DNA from: a virus
Reading direction: 5' to 3' (one strand)
Virus record (IMG/VR): IMGVR_UViG_3300048686_000449
Location: 1-64,000 of that record
Length of the DNA stretch: 64,000 bases
In this document: positions 35,964 to 45,963 of the stretch, piece by piece
How positions within the stretch are numbered: position 1 is the stretch's first letter
How the letters are laid out: each line of letters opens with the position of its first letter
Notes under the pieces: model-generated
What the model saw: only the letters and a program-made list of their open reading frames with translations
Told to the model about the DNA's origin: nothing
Database searches by the model: none
Made by a program: the position numbers and the translations under genes

Positions 35964-37181
35964 TTAGAAAAACCATTGCGCTTGTAAACGAATTAATTCA
36001 CTAGAAAATGCTGTTTGAGGATCAGTATTTGTAATAGCTACTCCAGGTTGTGTTTGAAAGGTATTTAATCCATCTTTATGCATATATTCTATCACAAATC
36101 TCCAAGATGTTGGTTCCCATACAATACCAAGATTAAATGTTTTCGTTGTTCCATCCATGCCATTGATGGACTTTATTCCACCACTATATTCTCCATATCG
36201 TGTGTATACAGTTACGCTTCCTTCTGATGAATAGACCCATTTGTAATATGGTTGAGCATAAAATCCTCGTAATGAATCGCTGTGTAGGTATCCTTGTTCG
36301 TCTCGTTTTGGTCCTCTTCCAATGCTGTATTCGGCTAAAATTCCCCATGGTTGGGCTGGGGTCCATACATATATAGTTGCTCGTTCATCAATTGTTTCGC
36401 ATCCTTTAGATCCTTGATCGCTACCGTATACTGATTTTTCAGCTCCACAACGAAATGCATTTGAATAAGGAACTACAAATTTTCCTGTGTATGCATGTAT
36501 ACCAGTTTCTATAAATCTTCCTGTTGGCAGTTCAAATGGATGACCTACTCTTATTCCAAGATGTTTATTAGCATTTAATTCAGGTTTATTTCTTCCCTGT
36601 CCATTATACAGAATAATTCCAAAGTTTCCATAATCACCAGGACCATTATAATATCTTTTTAAAATTTCATATCGTTGTTGCGCGATTTCTGATGTCCACA
36701 TATAAGAGACACCGAGATCTCGTTCACCTACAGCACCGCTTTGAACAGATTCATGACGATCTAATTCTTGACGTTGACTACTTGAACGATATGTGTCGAA
36801 TGAGTTTGCAACACGTTGAATACCAAATCGTATTCGATTTCTTTTATCAGTCGTGAGATGAAAATCGCCATATGCATCAACTACATCAACTGAATTTCCA
36901 GTGTTATATCCATCACCTTCAAATGCTGGCTGAAGATAAAAAGATAATCGATCAGAGACATCACCAGAAATCGGAAGACGAATGCGACGAATATACAATG
37001 ACTGTGGCGACTTTGTGGCCTGTTTATCCCCTAATGGAATATCCATCATGGGATCTGAACTCATCGCATATCGTGTTTGTACATATCCATTAATAGTGAG
37101 ATGTTCATACCAAGGTTCAGCAGAATATGATACTGTGGGAAACAATACTAGTAATAATAAAACAGATAAAAATAAATTCAT
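35964..37181 (-). CDS. Outer-membrane porin (OprO/OprP-like)
   Basis: Signal peptide, GYVQTRY, IRRIRL, DAYGD, ERDLG, C-terminal RLQAQWFF beta-signal. Confidence 0.8.
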   Translation of the reverse strand: MNLFLSVLLLLVLFPTVSYSAEPWYEHLTINGYVQTRYAMSSDPMMDIPLGDKQATKSPQSLYIRRIRLPISGDVSDRLSFYLQPAFEGDGYNTGNSVDVVDAYGDFHLTTDKRNRIRFGIQRVANSFDTYRSSSQRQELDRHESVQSGAVGERDLGVSYMWTSEIAQQRYEILKRYYNGPGDYGNFGIILYNGQGRNKPELNANKHLGIRVGHPFELPTGRFIETGIHAYTGKFVVPYSNAFRCGAEKSVYGSDQGSKGCETIDERATIYVWTPAQPWGILAEYSIGRGPKRDEQGYLHSDSLRGFYAQPYYKWVYSSEGSVTVYTRYGEYSGGIKSINGMDGTTKTFNLGIVWEPTSWRFVIEYMHKDGLNTFQTQPGVAITNTDPQTAFSSELIRLQAQWFF

Positions 37182-37269
37182 ATTCAGTATACCTCTAATT
37201 AATAAATCTAGAAGTATTTACTGAATATAAGTTACTAAACAGTTATCTCTATATTACGAATATGTAAAT

Positions 37270-39060
37270 TTATTCACACGCCAAACACGTATCTTCGCCA
37301 GATGCCAAAGCCTTCAGATCAATCTCCTCAATGACTTTGCGCTCAATCTTCTTCGCGACTTTATCAGCCTTGGCGAGCTTTTCACTGCGACAGTAATAGA
37401 GCGTCTTCAGTTCGCTCATCCAGGCTTGAAAGTGAACCGCATGAAGATACTTGATATTCACATCAGGGCGAAAGAAGAGATTGATGGACTGGGCTTGATC
37501 AATATAGACTTGTCTGTCTGCGGCGTGCTGAATCACCCAGCGTTGATCAATTTCCATCGCCGTCTTGAATACGGCTTTTGTATGATCATCCAAAAAATCT
37601 AAATGTTGAACCGAGCCATCATTGGCAGTAATGGATGACCAGATATCATCATAATCCAGTTTTGAATTATCTGTACAGAGCTTTTTAATGACGGCATCCA
37701 AGTACCGATTCTTATTCAAAAACGATCCTGACAGCGTATCTTGGCGATAACAATTCGCACGAAAGGGTTCAACACTGGGCGAGGTGTTTCCCATAATGAT
37801 TGAGCTTGAAGCATTGGGGGCAACGCTGGTCATATGTGAGAATCTTCGTCCTGTTCCTTTCGCGTCAGGAGCTTCGCCACGTTCCTTCCCGAGTCTAAAA
37901 TTCGCATCCTCTAATTGTTTACGAATGTGTCTAAAAATATTTTTGTTGATACCAGATGCCACAGCAGATTCCCACGGCACATTTTTCTTCTGAAGATAGG
38001 CGTGAAAGCCGAGTGCCCCGATTCCGATACTACGTTCACGACTCGCGGAGTACTTTGCACGATGAATCTCTTTAGGCGCATGATCAATGAAATATTGAAG
38101 CACGTTATCGAGCATCTCAGCGATGTCTGACAAGAAGTGTGGGTCTTTCTTCCACTCATCGTAATATTCAATATTCACCGAAGAGAGGCAGCAGACAGCC
38201 GTTCGTTCTTTACTTACTGGCAAGACCACCTCTGCACAGAGATTGGATTGCTTGACGCTCAAGCCCAGCTTCTTTTGCCATTCAGGAAGATGCTGATTAG
38301 AGGTATCAATGAAATGAAGATAGGGTTCACCAGTCTGCATGCGAATTTCTAGAATGCGTTGCCATAGATCTTTCGCAGAGACCACTTCACGCACCACTCC
38401 AGAATGTGGATCTTTCAATTCCCAATCATCACTCGCAGAAGGATCAATCATACACTTCTCAATAATCTCCATGAACGCATCAGAGATATTGATGCCGTGA
38501 TGAAGATTTTGGCAGCGCATATTCGGATCGCCCGTGGGCTTGCGCATTTCTAAGAACATCAGAATGTCAGGATGGGAAATATCCAAATACATTGCATAGC
38601 TTCCACGACGGGTCTGCCCCTGACGATATGCAAGACAGGAAGCATCATACGTGCGCAAATGAGGCATAATACCAACCGACTTGTTATCGGTGGAACGAAT
38701 GCCGACACCAACACCTACTCCTCCGCCCAACATTGATAACCAATTCACTTCAGAGAGTGTGTCTACCAATCCTTCGGCTGTGTCGTCTAAAAAAGAAAGA
38801 TAACAGGAAATTGGTAACTGACGCTTTCGTCCCGCAAACGACAAAATGGGCGTCGAATAACTCAACCAATGCTTTGACGCATAGTTATAGAGCCGTTGGG
38901 CGTGCTCAGGATTACTACTAAACTGTTGTGAGACAAACGCAAACCGATCTTGCGGAGAGCATTCGTTCTCTGTCATATACGATTCTTTGAGTCGCTTGAT
39001 GCCCAGTTCATCAAACAAACTATCGCGAGTATAATCAATAGTGACAATTTTGTTGGTCAT
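37270..39060 (-). CDS. nrdA: Ribonucleotide reductase class I alpha subunit (no ATP cone)
   Basis: STPIL, PISC, GGGVG, SNLCAE, APNASS, TLYY, C-terminal CLACE. Confidence 0.95.
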   Translation of the reverse strand: MTNKIVTIDYTRDSLFDELGIKRLKESYMTENECSPQDRFAFVSQQFSSNPEHAQRLYNYASKHWLSYSTPILSFAGRKRQLPISCYLSFLDDTAEGLVDTLSEVNWLSMLGGGVGVGVGIRSTDNKSVGIMPHLRTYDASCLAYRQGQTRRGSYAMYLDISHPDILMFLEMRKPTGDPNMRCQNLHHGINISDAFMEIIEKCMIDPSASDDWELKDPHSGVVREVVSAKDLWQRILEIRMQTGEPYLHFIDTSNQHLPEWQKKLGLSVKQSNLCAEVVLPVSKERTAVCCLSSVNIEYYDEWKKDPHFLSDIAEMLDNVLQYFIDHAPKEIHRAKYSASRERSIGIGALGFHAYLQKKNVPWESAVASGINKNIFRHIRKQLEDANFRLGKERGEAPDAKGTGRRFSHMTSVAPNASSSIIMGNTSPSVEPFRANCYRQDTLSGSFLNKNRYLDAVIKKLCTDNSKLDYDDIWSSITANDGSVQHLDFLDDHTKAVFKTAMEIDQRWVIQHAADRQVYIDQAQSINLFFRPDVNIKYLHAVHFQAWMSELKTLYYCRSEKLAKADKVAKKIERKVIEEIDLKALASGEDTCLACE

Positions 39061-39062
39061 GT

Positions 39063-39731
39063 TTATTCCTCTTCCAATGCTTCTACAATACTAGGAAATT
39101 CTTGTTTGAGGATTTCCCAACAACCTTCAGCAATTGCTTGATGTTCGAGTTGCGTTCCATTCTTTCTTCGGAGATCGCAATAATGCACCCAACTACGAAT
39201 ACTACCAGCCATATATAGTCTACTCATCGTACACCCTTCGGGAAACACCGCACGAGCTTGCTCCTTAGCAATACCATTTTTAATAGCCCATTCATATGTA
39301 GTCTGCGCTCTGAGAATCACTCCTTGCTGTCTCGCTTCCCATTCTTCCTTCAATTTTTTATTTGTTGTCGTAATACTATTTTGCCGATTCTTGGTATCTT
39401 GAAGCCGTGCGTCTTTCGTAATGAACTTCAAATCCTTTGTCGGATCCGCATAGCGTTGACTAAATTCCTGAAACGAAAATGACCGATGCCGCAAAATCTG
39501 TCGCGCAATATCTCGTGTAGTATTGATCTCTACTGTCATGTTCACCACCTCCAGAGGACTCCAATGCTTGTTCTTGATCAGATACCGAATCAATTTAGGA
39601 CCCGTGTCCATATTGGCTTGATTCGCAGGATTGGACACACGAGCACAATACGCAATCAATTCCTCTGCGGTCATATTGGGAAATTCTGGCAACCGAGGCG
39701 CGGAGACACACACGAGCGACACTGAATTCAT
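39063..39731 (-). CDS. thyX: Flavin-dependent thymidylate synthase
   Basis: HWSPLE, RHRSFSFQEFSQRY, EQARAVFP. Confidence 0.95.
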   Translation of the reverse strand: MNSVSLVCVSAPRLPEFPNMTAEELIAYCARVSNPANQANMDTGPKLIRYLIKNKHWSPLEVVNMTVEINTTRDIARQILRHRSFSFQEFSQRYADPTKDLKFITKDARLQDTKNRQNSITTTNKKLKEEWEARQQGVILRAQTTYEWAIKNGIAKEQARAVFPEGCTMSRLYMAGSIRSWVHYCDLRRKNGTQLEHQAIAEGCWEILKQEFPSIVEALEEE

Positions 39732-39733
39732 AC

Positions 39734-40759
39734 TTACACCTTCTTCCAAAATGAGAGTTTAGTTTGTGCGGTCAATCCTGATGCTGAATCGCGGTAGATT
39801 GCTTGAGTTAATTCTTCTACTGTATGACCATTGAGAATCATTTCATTGACATCTTTACCACGAATCGTTTCGGACCAGAACATCACACGATAACCTGCGT
39901 GAATTGCTTTGCGCATGGACTCAACGATTTCTTTATTACGTCGTTCGTTATCAAATACCAAATACACATCATCGTGTGTCGCTCGTTGGGCTGCGAGCAT
40001 CAAGTTTGCATCACCTGACGCCACTGCATTTGGAAAGAACAAACTATCCAGGGGTCCTTCTGTGACAATCAGTGGTTGGTCAGATTTGACTCGCTCCATC
40101 CCATAGACTAATTTATCTTTTCCCTCTGCGAGACGAATCGTCACATAACGAAGCTCTGATGCCCCCAATGCACGCCCAGAGATTGCCGTGATTGATCCAT
40201 AGCTATCATAGAACGGAATCAGTAGTCGAGTATCGGGACGAACCTTATTGATGTTCTCTGGTGAGAGGTGACGAATCACTGTCTCATAATTATCTGTGTA
40301 ATGAAGCAATGACCACCGCGAAAAGGGAATTTGTCTTCGCGTCAAATACAACCGACAATGATGTTGTTCAGGAAGATAATCACATCGTTCAGCGCCCTCA
40401 ATTGCGGTCTGCTTGACCGTATCAAAACGAACAGCTGGGATACTCTGCACTCGTTTCTGAAGTGATTTGTGCTGTTGATGATGCGGGTCACTATACGACT
40501 CTAACACATATTCTTTATAGAGAGTCGGATCGAGATGTCTAAGAATCGTCGAGATCTTGTGACTTCGTGAACAGTTATGACACTTATAGACGAGGCGCTC
40601 TTTCTCTCTAAAAAAATATCCCCGCATTTTCGTCTTTTTTACGTGGGAATCGCCGCACAAAAAGCAGCGACAATTCCATAAGTATTCAGATTTCTTATGG
40701 AATCCCTCTAGACGAGTCGAGAGTAACTGGAGATATTTGATGTCAGTGTATAGAGCCAT
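39734..40759 (-). CDS. 61: DNA primase (gp61)
   Basis: CFLCGDS...CHNC zinc finger; EGPLDSLF, VFDNE, KDVNEM. Confidence 0.93.
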   Translation of the reverse strand: MALYTDIKYLQLLSTRLEGFHKKSEYLWNCRCFLCGDSHVKKTKMRGYFFREKERLVYKCHNCSRSHKISTILRHLDPTLYKEYVLESYSDPHHQQHKSLQKRVQSIPAVRFDTVKQTAIEGAERCDYLPEQHHCRLYLTRRQIPFSRWSLLHYTDNYETVIRHLSPENINKVRPDTRLLIPFYDSYGSITAISGRALGASELRYVTIRLAEGKDKLVYGMERVKSDQPLIVTEGPLDSLFFPNAVASGDANLMLAAQRATHDDVYLVFDNERRNKEIVESMRKAIHAGYRVMFWSETIRGKDVNEMILNGHTVEELTQAIYRDSASGLTAQTKLSFWKKV

Positions 40760-40795
40760 TCATCCATTATATAATAATCACGCATCAAAGGCAAA

Positions 40796-41251
40796 CTATT
40801 TCAAAAGAAACTCAAACATTGGCTGGATTTTTGCTGTGTAGTACCCTATAAAAAATACTATCACAATGATCGCCCAGACAAATTTTCCTAATTTGTCTAT
40901 ATTGAACAAAGAAAAGATGCTCTCATTATTCTCATTCTTCTGTTCGCGACTTAAAATACAATCTAAGATTTTTTGTTCTTTCTTCTCAATCATCTCTTGG
41001 ATTTCACGAGCAACAGTAGTAATTCTTGAGTGAAGGTCTTTGATATCCTGTTGAAACGTGTTCTGAAATCTCTCATGTTGTTCATGCTTCTCATCGTGTA
41101 GTGCAATCATCCGCAACAAATTAACATTCACTTCCTGGATTTTCTCAATAGACTGCGAGAGGCGATCAAAGAGTATCCTATTCTGTTGGGTATCACGCTC
41201 CAACAAGCCCATTTGTAACTTCATGTCTGCGAATTCTTCTGGTCCTGTCAT
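40796..41251 (-). CDS. Coiled-coil membrane protein
   Basis: AAGGAG RBS; coiled coil plus C-terminal TM. Confidence 0.6.
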   Translation of the reverse strand: MTGPEEFADMKLQMGLLERDTQQNRILFDRLSQSIEKIQEVNVNLLRMIALHDEKHEQHERFQNTFQQDIKDLHSRITTVAREIQEMIEKKEQKILDCILSREQKNENNESIFSLFNIDKLGKFVWAIIVIVFFIGYYTAKIQPMFEFLLK

Positions 41252-41259
41252 GGCACTCC

Positions 41260-41685
41260 TTATTTCTTTCCGTAGCGAAGATAGCACATCGCGCCAGTCC
41301 GTTCATCCTGAATGATGATTGGACGACTGTAATCTTCATTCCCATAGGCGCGAATCGCTTCACCGATTTCATCATTTCCAACATAATGCTCGTATCTCGC
41401 ATGTTTCTTTTTTCCAAATCGCGCACGTTGAAACCAATCAGCGTTGACCTCAAAGACATCCATGCCAGCAAACTTTTTACGTTTCAGCATTGTGGAGTGT
41501 GAGATGCCAGGTTCACCTTGAGGCCCGATCCCAATTCCCGCAATCGCTCCACTGCCTGCTGACATCGCGGGAGCATCTTCTTTTTGAAGTCTGTTTCCAC
41601 TGATTGATTGTTCTATTCCTGTATCTGCTTGTTGAAATGCAGGCGTATAGGATTGTGTAGAAGATTTCTTTTGCGGTCTTTTCAT
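41260..41685 (-). CDS. Conserved T4-like hypothetical protein
   Basis: GAIAGIG...EPG...FEV...IIIQDERTGAM. Confidence 0.6.
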   Translation of the reverse strand: MKRPQKKSSTQSYTPAFQQADTGIEQSISGNRLQKEDAPAMSAGSGAIAGIGIGPQGEPGISHSTMLKRKKFAGMDVFEVNADWFQRARFGKKKHARYEHYVGNDEIGEAIRAYGNEDYSRPIIIQDERTGAMCYLRYGKK

Positions 41686-42071
41686 CGTAGTTCTCGTAGT
41701 TTATTAGCAACGAACATATCGACTGCTATTGACGAAGATTGAATATCTGCGTTTCGAATGCCTCGTATTATATTGGGCATATAATTCAAAAACAATAAAC
41801 ACGTTTTTAATATCGAATACTCTGATGACCGAATATAGAAAAACAATAATCGTGTCGTGGGTTCAACACCAAAAACGTTGTACAACACGACCAAATGATT
41901 CAAAATTAATCGCTCTCGTAACTCTCCTGTTTTCTTATAACGACGAAACAAGCGGCCCAGATAACTGAACCGCTTGAAGTCATCTTTGAATTCACTTTTG
42001 ATACAGTTAGGGCGTTCATACGCTTTTACTGCATACAAAAATACATTATCTTCTGTTAGCACATTAAACAT
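41682..42071 (-). CDS. Conserved T4-like hypothetical protein
   Basis: YAVKAY..P.C...EF.DD...ERLILNH. Confidence 0.7.
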   Translation of the reverse strand: MFNVLTEDNVFLYAVKAYERPNCIKSEFKDDFKRFSYLGRLFRRYKKTGELRERLILNHLVVLYNVFGVEPTTRLLFFYIRSSEYSILKTCLLFLNYMPNIIRGIRNADIQSSSIAVDMFVANKLRELR

Positions 42072-42074
42072 TAC

Positions 42075-42482
42075 TTAGATGTCGAGCGTCTCATCCTCAT
42101 CCGTTGAGGTCAAAAAATCATTGAGATTCTGCTCGTCCATAATTTCCGCATAAAACTCATACTGTCCCATGTCTGTCTGAAAATATGCAGTATACAAAAA
42201 CCACTGTTGTGACCCATCGATTAAGTATATATGTTCTCCCTGCTCAGGATCTAATGGATATGCAAATAATGGCAGGGCCAGATGATAGGGTGCCATGAGT
42301 TCATAAACTCGTTTATATCCAATGTCAGGACTGAGCATCGGGGATTCAAATGCCTCAGCAAACTGGTCATTCAATTCATCATGCCAGTCATTCCCGAGGG
42401 TCATATCCATGGGTCCTCTTTCAGGACCCATGGTAACAATATGATCTTCATCGATGGCAAATTGTTTGAACGAAATTGCCAT
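42075..42482 (-). CDS. Acidic hypothetical protein with capsid-targeting-like N-terminus
   Basis: MAISFKQFAIDE. Confidence 0.6.
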   Translation of the reverse strand: MAISFKQFAIDEDHIVTMGPERGPMDMTLGNDWHDELNDQFAEAFESPMLSPDIGYKRVYELMAPYHLALPLFAYPLDPEQGEHIYLIDGSQQWFLYTAYFQTDMGQYEFYAEIMDEQNLNDFLTSTDEDETLDI

Positions 42483-42508
42483 ATCGTGCTCTCCTACGAA
42501 GTCATAAA

Positions 42509-42835
42509 TTACTGCGGCAAGACTGCATCATCTGATGTGCCATCATTCTGCGAACCCTGCGCCACGATTGTTTCATAATGGACACGACCCGCACGACCGC
42601 CAGTACCTTGTTTGCGAAGCACCCATCCCGCATGAGATACCTTGATAGATTCGCCTGTGGTATTTGCCTTTTCTCCAGCTGACACTCCAAATACGCCAAT
42701 CGCTGCACCAGTGACGAATGCACCAGAAGTGGTATTGCCGTATAACGTATCACCATTACCAGAGACTCCCAATCCACCAGCGACGGCAAATTTTGGTGCT
42801 CCTGTGTTTGCATCTGTTGCTGACCAAAGTGACAT
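42509..42835 (-). CDS. Putative small virion protein
   Basis: MSLW...HAGWV...GGRAGRVHYETIVA, a conserved T4-like structural-type motif. Confidence 0.65.
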   Translation of the reverse strand: MSLWSATDANTGAPKFAVAGGLGVSGNGDTLYGNTTSGAFVTGAAIGVFGVSAGEKANTTGESIKVSHAGWVLRKQGTGGRAGRVHYETIVAQGSQNDGTSDDAVLPQ

Positions 42836-42854
42836 GATACTCTCCTTGTAAATG

Positions 42855-43355
42855 TTAATGATAACCGAGTTGTCTCAATTCATTTAATGTCTGATTCACA
42901 TTCATATGATGAATAGCGATTCCGCCAGCACGACGAAATTCTTCAATGTTATTCCGAAAATCATCAATCAAGAGATTCGGACCCGTTTCCGACTGAGCAT
43001 AGTCTTGTTTCTCTGAACGTCTCACAATATGCACTCGTGTTAATGGAATACCAAGATGCTTCTTGACCCACATCATTTTTCCGATTCGTGAATACCGCAC
43101 TCCTGCGTCACGATCCCAAGATGCTTTAGCTGAAAGAATATGCGATTGATATTTGGAAATTACTTTCCACAATCGCATCATCTCGGGCATTGGTGGCAGA
43201 TTCGTCCAAAACTCATCTTTCAGTTGAAGAATCTTTTGACGATCTTGTTGCTTCGCCGAATCTAAGATTGATGAATCAAATGGATGACCCACAGCGATTT
43301 CTGCACCTTTCTCAAAGTTAACTAAGACGCCATCCATGTCGCAATAAATGATCAT
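42855..43355 (-). CDS. HAD 5'(3')-deoxyribonucleotidase-like protein
   Basis: IYCDMDGVL, ILSA, K, LIDD. Confidence 0.85.
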   Translation of the reverse strand: MIIYCDMDGVLVNFEKGAEIAVGHPFDSSILDSAKQQDRQKILQLKDEFWTNLPPMPEMMRLWKVISKYQSHILSAKASWDRDAGVRYSRIGKMMWVKKHLGIPLTRVHIVRRSEKQDYAQSETGPNLLIDDFRNNIEEFRRAGGIAIHHMNVNQTLNELRQLGYH

Positions 43356-45007
43356 TGTTGTGTAATCACCAATGGATGATATTCAGGATCTTTTTCAAAC
43401 TCCGACTTGCCGCCGATCTTCTGTTTCTGTTTCTCTTTGGCAGATTTCATAACATCTTTGAGAATCTCTTGCTTCCGCGTACTCTTGGGAGCTGTATCAG
43501 ATCCCGTGACGGTCTTTGTAGAGATATCGCCGCCCATCGGAACACCTGCGCTCTCAGGACCACCAACGCCACCTGAGGGCGTCTGTTCATTGACAGGGAC
43601 GCAATTCGGCACTTTCTTGCCACCTTTTTCTTTCATTCCAATCGCCTCAAAGCCTTTCCAACAGGCATCTTTCAGACTCGCTTCTTCCAGTTTCACTTCT
43701 TCATTCTGTGTTTTTGGAAGATGTGGCGTCACTTTGAAGACATGGAGTTTTCCGCCATGAGTTTTGTGAGCTTGAATGCGTACATGCTTGCCGTCGTTCT
43801 TCGTCACTTTCCCGCTTATTTTATCTCCTGTACCAGACGCATAAAAATCGATTTCGCGACCAGTTTTCTGATGAATCGGAAGTCCTGCATGCTCTGGATG
43901 CATCAACCCATGGGATGCATATTGGCGTCCATTGATGAACTTCTCATCTAGCTGAGTTTCTTCAGTCTTCATCGTAGTTGATGGCATAATCGAATGATGT
44001 TCAGCATCGTGGACTTTATATCCACTATTTCTATAAAATTTCTTTGCCTTTTCGACTGCACCTTCTTTGGTATGACTTTTTACTGCCACACGTTTTGCAA
44101 TCAATTCTTTTCGTTTATGGACCATAGGATGATTCGGGTCGGATACTGTAACCATGACTTTATGAGTCTGAGGTTCTGATTCATCCAGTTCTACTTCTTC
44201 CTTCGTCGGACGCTCCATCGTTTTGCCGTGTGACATCACCTGCCAACGAGACCCATACTTCACATCCAGCGGTTTCTTCTTCATGAAGGATTCTTTCCCC
44301 TTCATCGTCGTGTAACCTTCTTCAACGCTTTCTTTATGGACTTGTTGAATATGCTGATGAATCTTATCAATTTCCTCTGGAGACATATTCTTATTGTGTT
44401 TGGCTACATGCTCCCGAGATGTTACCGTGCTATGTGATAACGGCTTTTTATGCTCAGGTTCAAAGGAGGAGTATGTAGCATGAGGAACCACATACGTTTT
44501 CCCGCCGATCTTTCCTGTATATTGGTGCGATCCTTTGTGTGATGGCGCCATTTCTTCATCTAAAGATTCTTTGGTCACATGATGATGGGGGGCAATAATC
44601 TTGCGCGGTCCAAATTTATCATGTGGGTCCTTATCTAATTCGACGTGGACATGTCCATTTCCATCCATCTTTTTCACAACACCACGAAACCCTACACCAC
44701 CTTTAGAACCAAACCCCGCATGAACACGATCGCCAACTTGAACGTGATCTTCATTCATCTTCTTACATTTACATGGATCACAGCCACAATCAGGGCACGC
44801 AGCAGACTCCGCAACCGTATGAGGATTGAGATGATGCGGCTGGGCTGTTGTCGCCCCCATGCGATACCGATTCCGCTTGCCTGTCAATCCCTTCGGCTTG
44901 ATATTCACTTCACCAGTGCTGTGAACATGAATCACCGTATGTGGGTGTCCTTTATGTGGTCCGATCGTCGGAACCACGGTATCCCCGACTTTGTATGAGT
45001 GTGCCAT
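43352..45007 (-). CDS. His/Lys-rich multi-module protein, putative internal virion polyprotein
   Basis: Start MAHSYK; SH3/KOW-like modules (VGD.V) separated by E-rich linkers; ACWKGFEAIGMKEKGGKKVPNCVP motif. Confidence 0.65.
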   Translation of the reverse strand: MAHSYKVGDTVVPTIGPHKGHPHTVIHVHSTGEVNIKPKGLTGKRNRYRMGATTAQPHHLNPHTVAESAACPDCGCDPCKCKKMNEDHVQVGDRVHAGFGSKGGVGFRGVVKKMDGNGHVHVELDKDPHDKFGPRKIIAPHHHVTKESLDEEMAPSHKGSHQYTGKIGGKTYVVPHATYSSFEPEHKKPLSHSTVTSREHVAKHNKNMSPEEIDKIHQHIQQVHKESVEEGYTTMKGKESFMKKKPLDVKYGSRWQVMSHGKTMERPTKEEVELDESEPQTHKVMVTVSDPNHPMVHKRKELIAKRVAVKSHTKEGAVEKAKKFYRNSGYKVHDAEHHSIMPSTTMKTEETQLDEKFINGRQYASHGLMHPEHAGLPIHQKTGREIDFYASGTGDKISGKVTKNDGKHVRIQAHKTHGGKLHVFKVTPHLPKTQNEEVKLEEASLKDACWKGFEAIGMKEKGGKKVPNCVPVNEQTPSGGVGGPESAGVPMGGDISTKTVTGSDTAPKSTRKQEILKDVMKSAKEKQKQKIGGKSEFEKDPEYHPLVITQQ

Positions 45008-45011
45008 AGTG

Positions 45012-45953
45012 TTAGTCCTTCTTGGCGATTTTTGTTGCCGTCGCGTACATGACTTCTTTCGCTCGCTCACCGTAGCGTTCCTTGAAGCCCGGCAATTTCT
45101 TCTTCATACTCTTGACGACTTCTTCCTTCTTCTTCGTTTCCGCAGGTGTCAATTCACGTTCCTCAATCTGTTCTACTTCTTCCTTAGCAAGTTTCTTTAC
45201 TGCAGTGGCAATACCCTTTTCTCTTTTTTGTGATTCTTTTGCAGCGATATGTTTTGGGACACCAGGTTCAGGGTGACGCGCCATATACATCTGTTCTTTA
45301 TGAGCTTTTTGAGTGTACGATGCTAGTGTGGACTTCTTCAATTCGTCCAACTGCTCTTCCTCAAGCTCTTCCACTTCTTCTTTCATCTCATGCCCACCAC
45401 GCAATGCTTTCAAATCATGTTGATCAATCTTGTGTGGATCACCAGCAATCTTCGCAATCTTTTTCTGCTTCGGAGACAGTTCCGCTTCCTCAATGCGCTC
45501 CAGCGATTCCTTGCGCAACGTCTTCAATGTTTTCGCGAGTCGCGCACGCTTGCCCATCTTTCCAGGTTCTTTCGCCGCTTTCTCAAGTTTTTCAGCAGGA
45601 ATCTTTTCACCTTCAGGCACCCCCAAGGCTTTATGCAGCGCACCAGGTTTCTTGATCGCACCGGCAATCCACTTCTTTTCTTCTCCAAGCGTTTCCACGG
45701 TAACACCATTGATCGCATCTGCGTCATACATCTCCACTTCTTCATTCTTGACAGCCTGCACAGAAGGCTTGGCGACTTCAGCTTTCTTCCCCTTACCCTG
45801 CGACTTCGCTTCAGCCGTCTTGACTTCTTGCGTAAACTGGTCGTTGTCAGGCTCTTCTGTCAGCGGTTCCAGCTGACCCTGCATCCGATGTTCCATGATC
45901 TTCTTGTAATCAAACTGCCCATCTGTCATGAATTGTTTCGTAAACTGTGCCAT
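45012..45953 (-). CDS. Lys/Glu-rich multi-module protein, putative internal virion polyprotein
   Basis: Start MAQFTK; KWIAGAIKKPGALHKALGV, LDELKKSTLASY and FKERYGERAKEVMYATATK modules. Confidence 0.65.
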   Translation of the reverse strand: MAQFTKQFMTDGQFDYKKIMEHRMQGQLEPLTEEPDNDQFTQEVKTAEAKSQGKGKKAEVAKPSVQAVKNEEVEMYDADAINGVTVETLGEEKKWIAGAIKKPGALHKALGVPEGEKIPAEKLEKAAKEPGKMGKRARLAKTLKTLRKESLERIEEAELSPKQKKIAKIAGDPHKIDQHDLKALRGGHEMKEEVEELEEEQLDELKKSTLASYTQKAHKEQMYMARHPEPGVPKHIAAKESQKREKGIATAVKKLAKEEVEQIEERELTPAETKKKEEVVKSMKKKLPGFKERYGERAKEVMYATATKIAKKD

Positions 45954-45963
45954 ACATGGCTCC

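Noticed and set aside
34693-39731. Introns or inteins in nrdA, nrdB and thyX
   Set aside because: The ORFs are uninterrupted and of normal or compact length.
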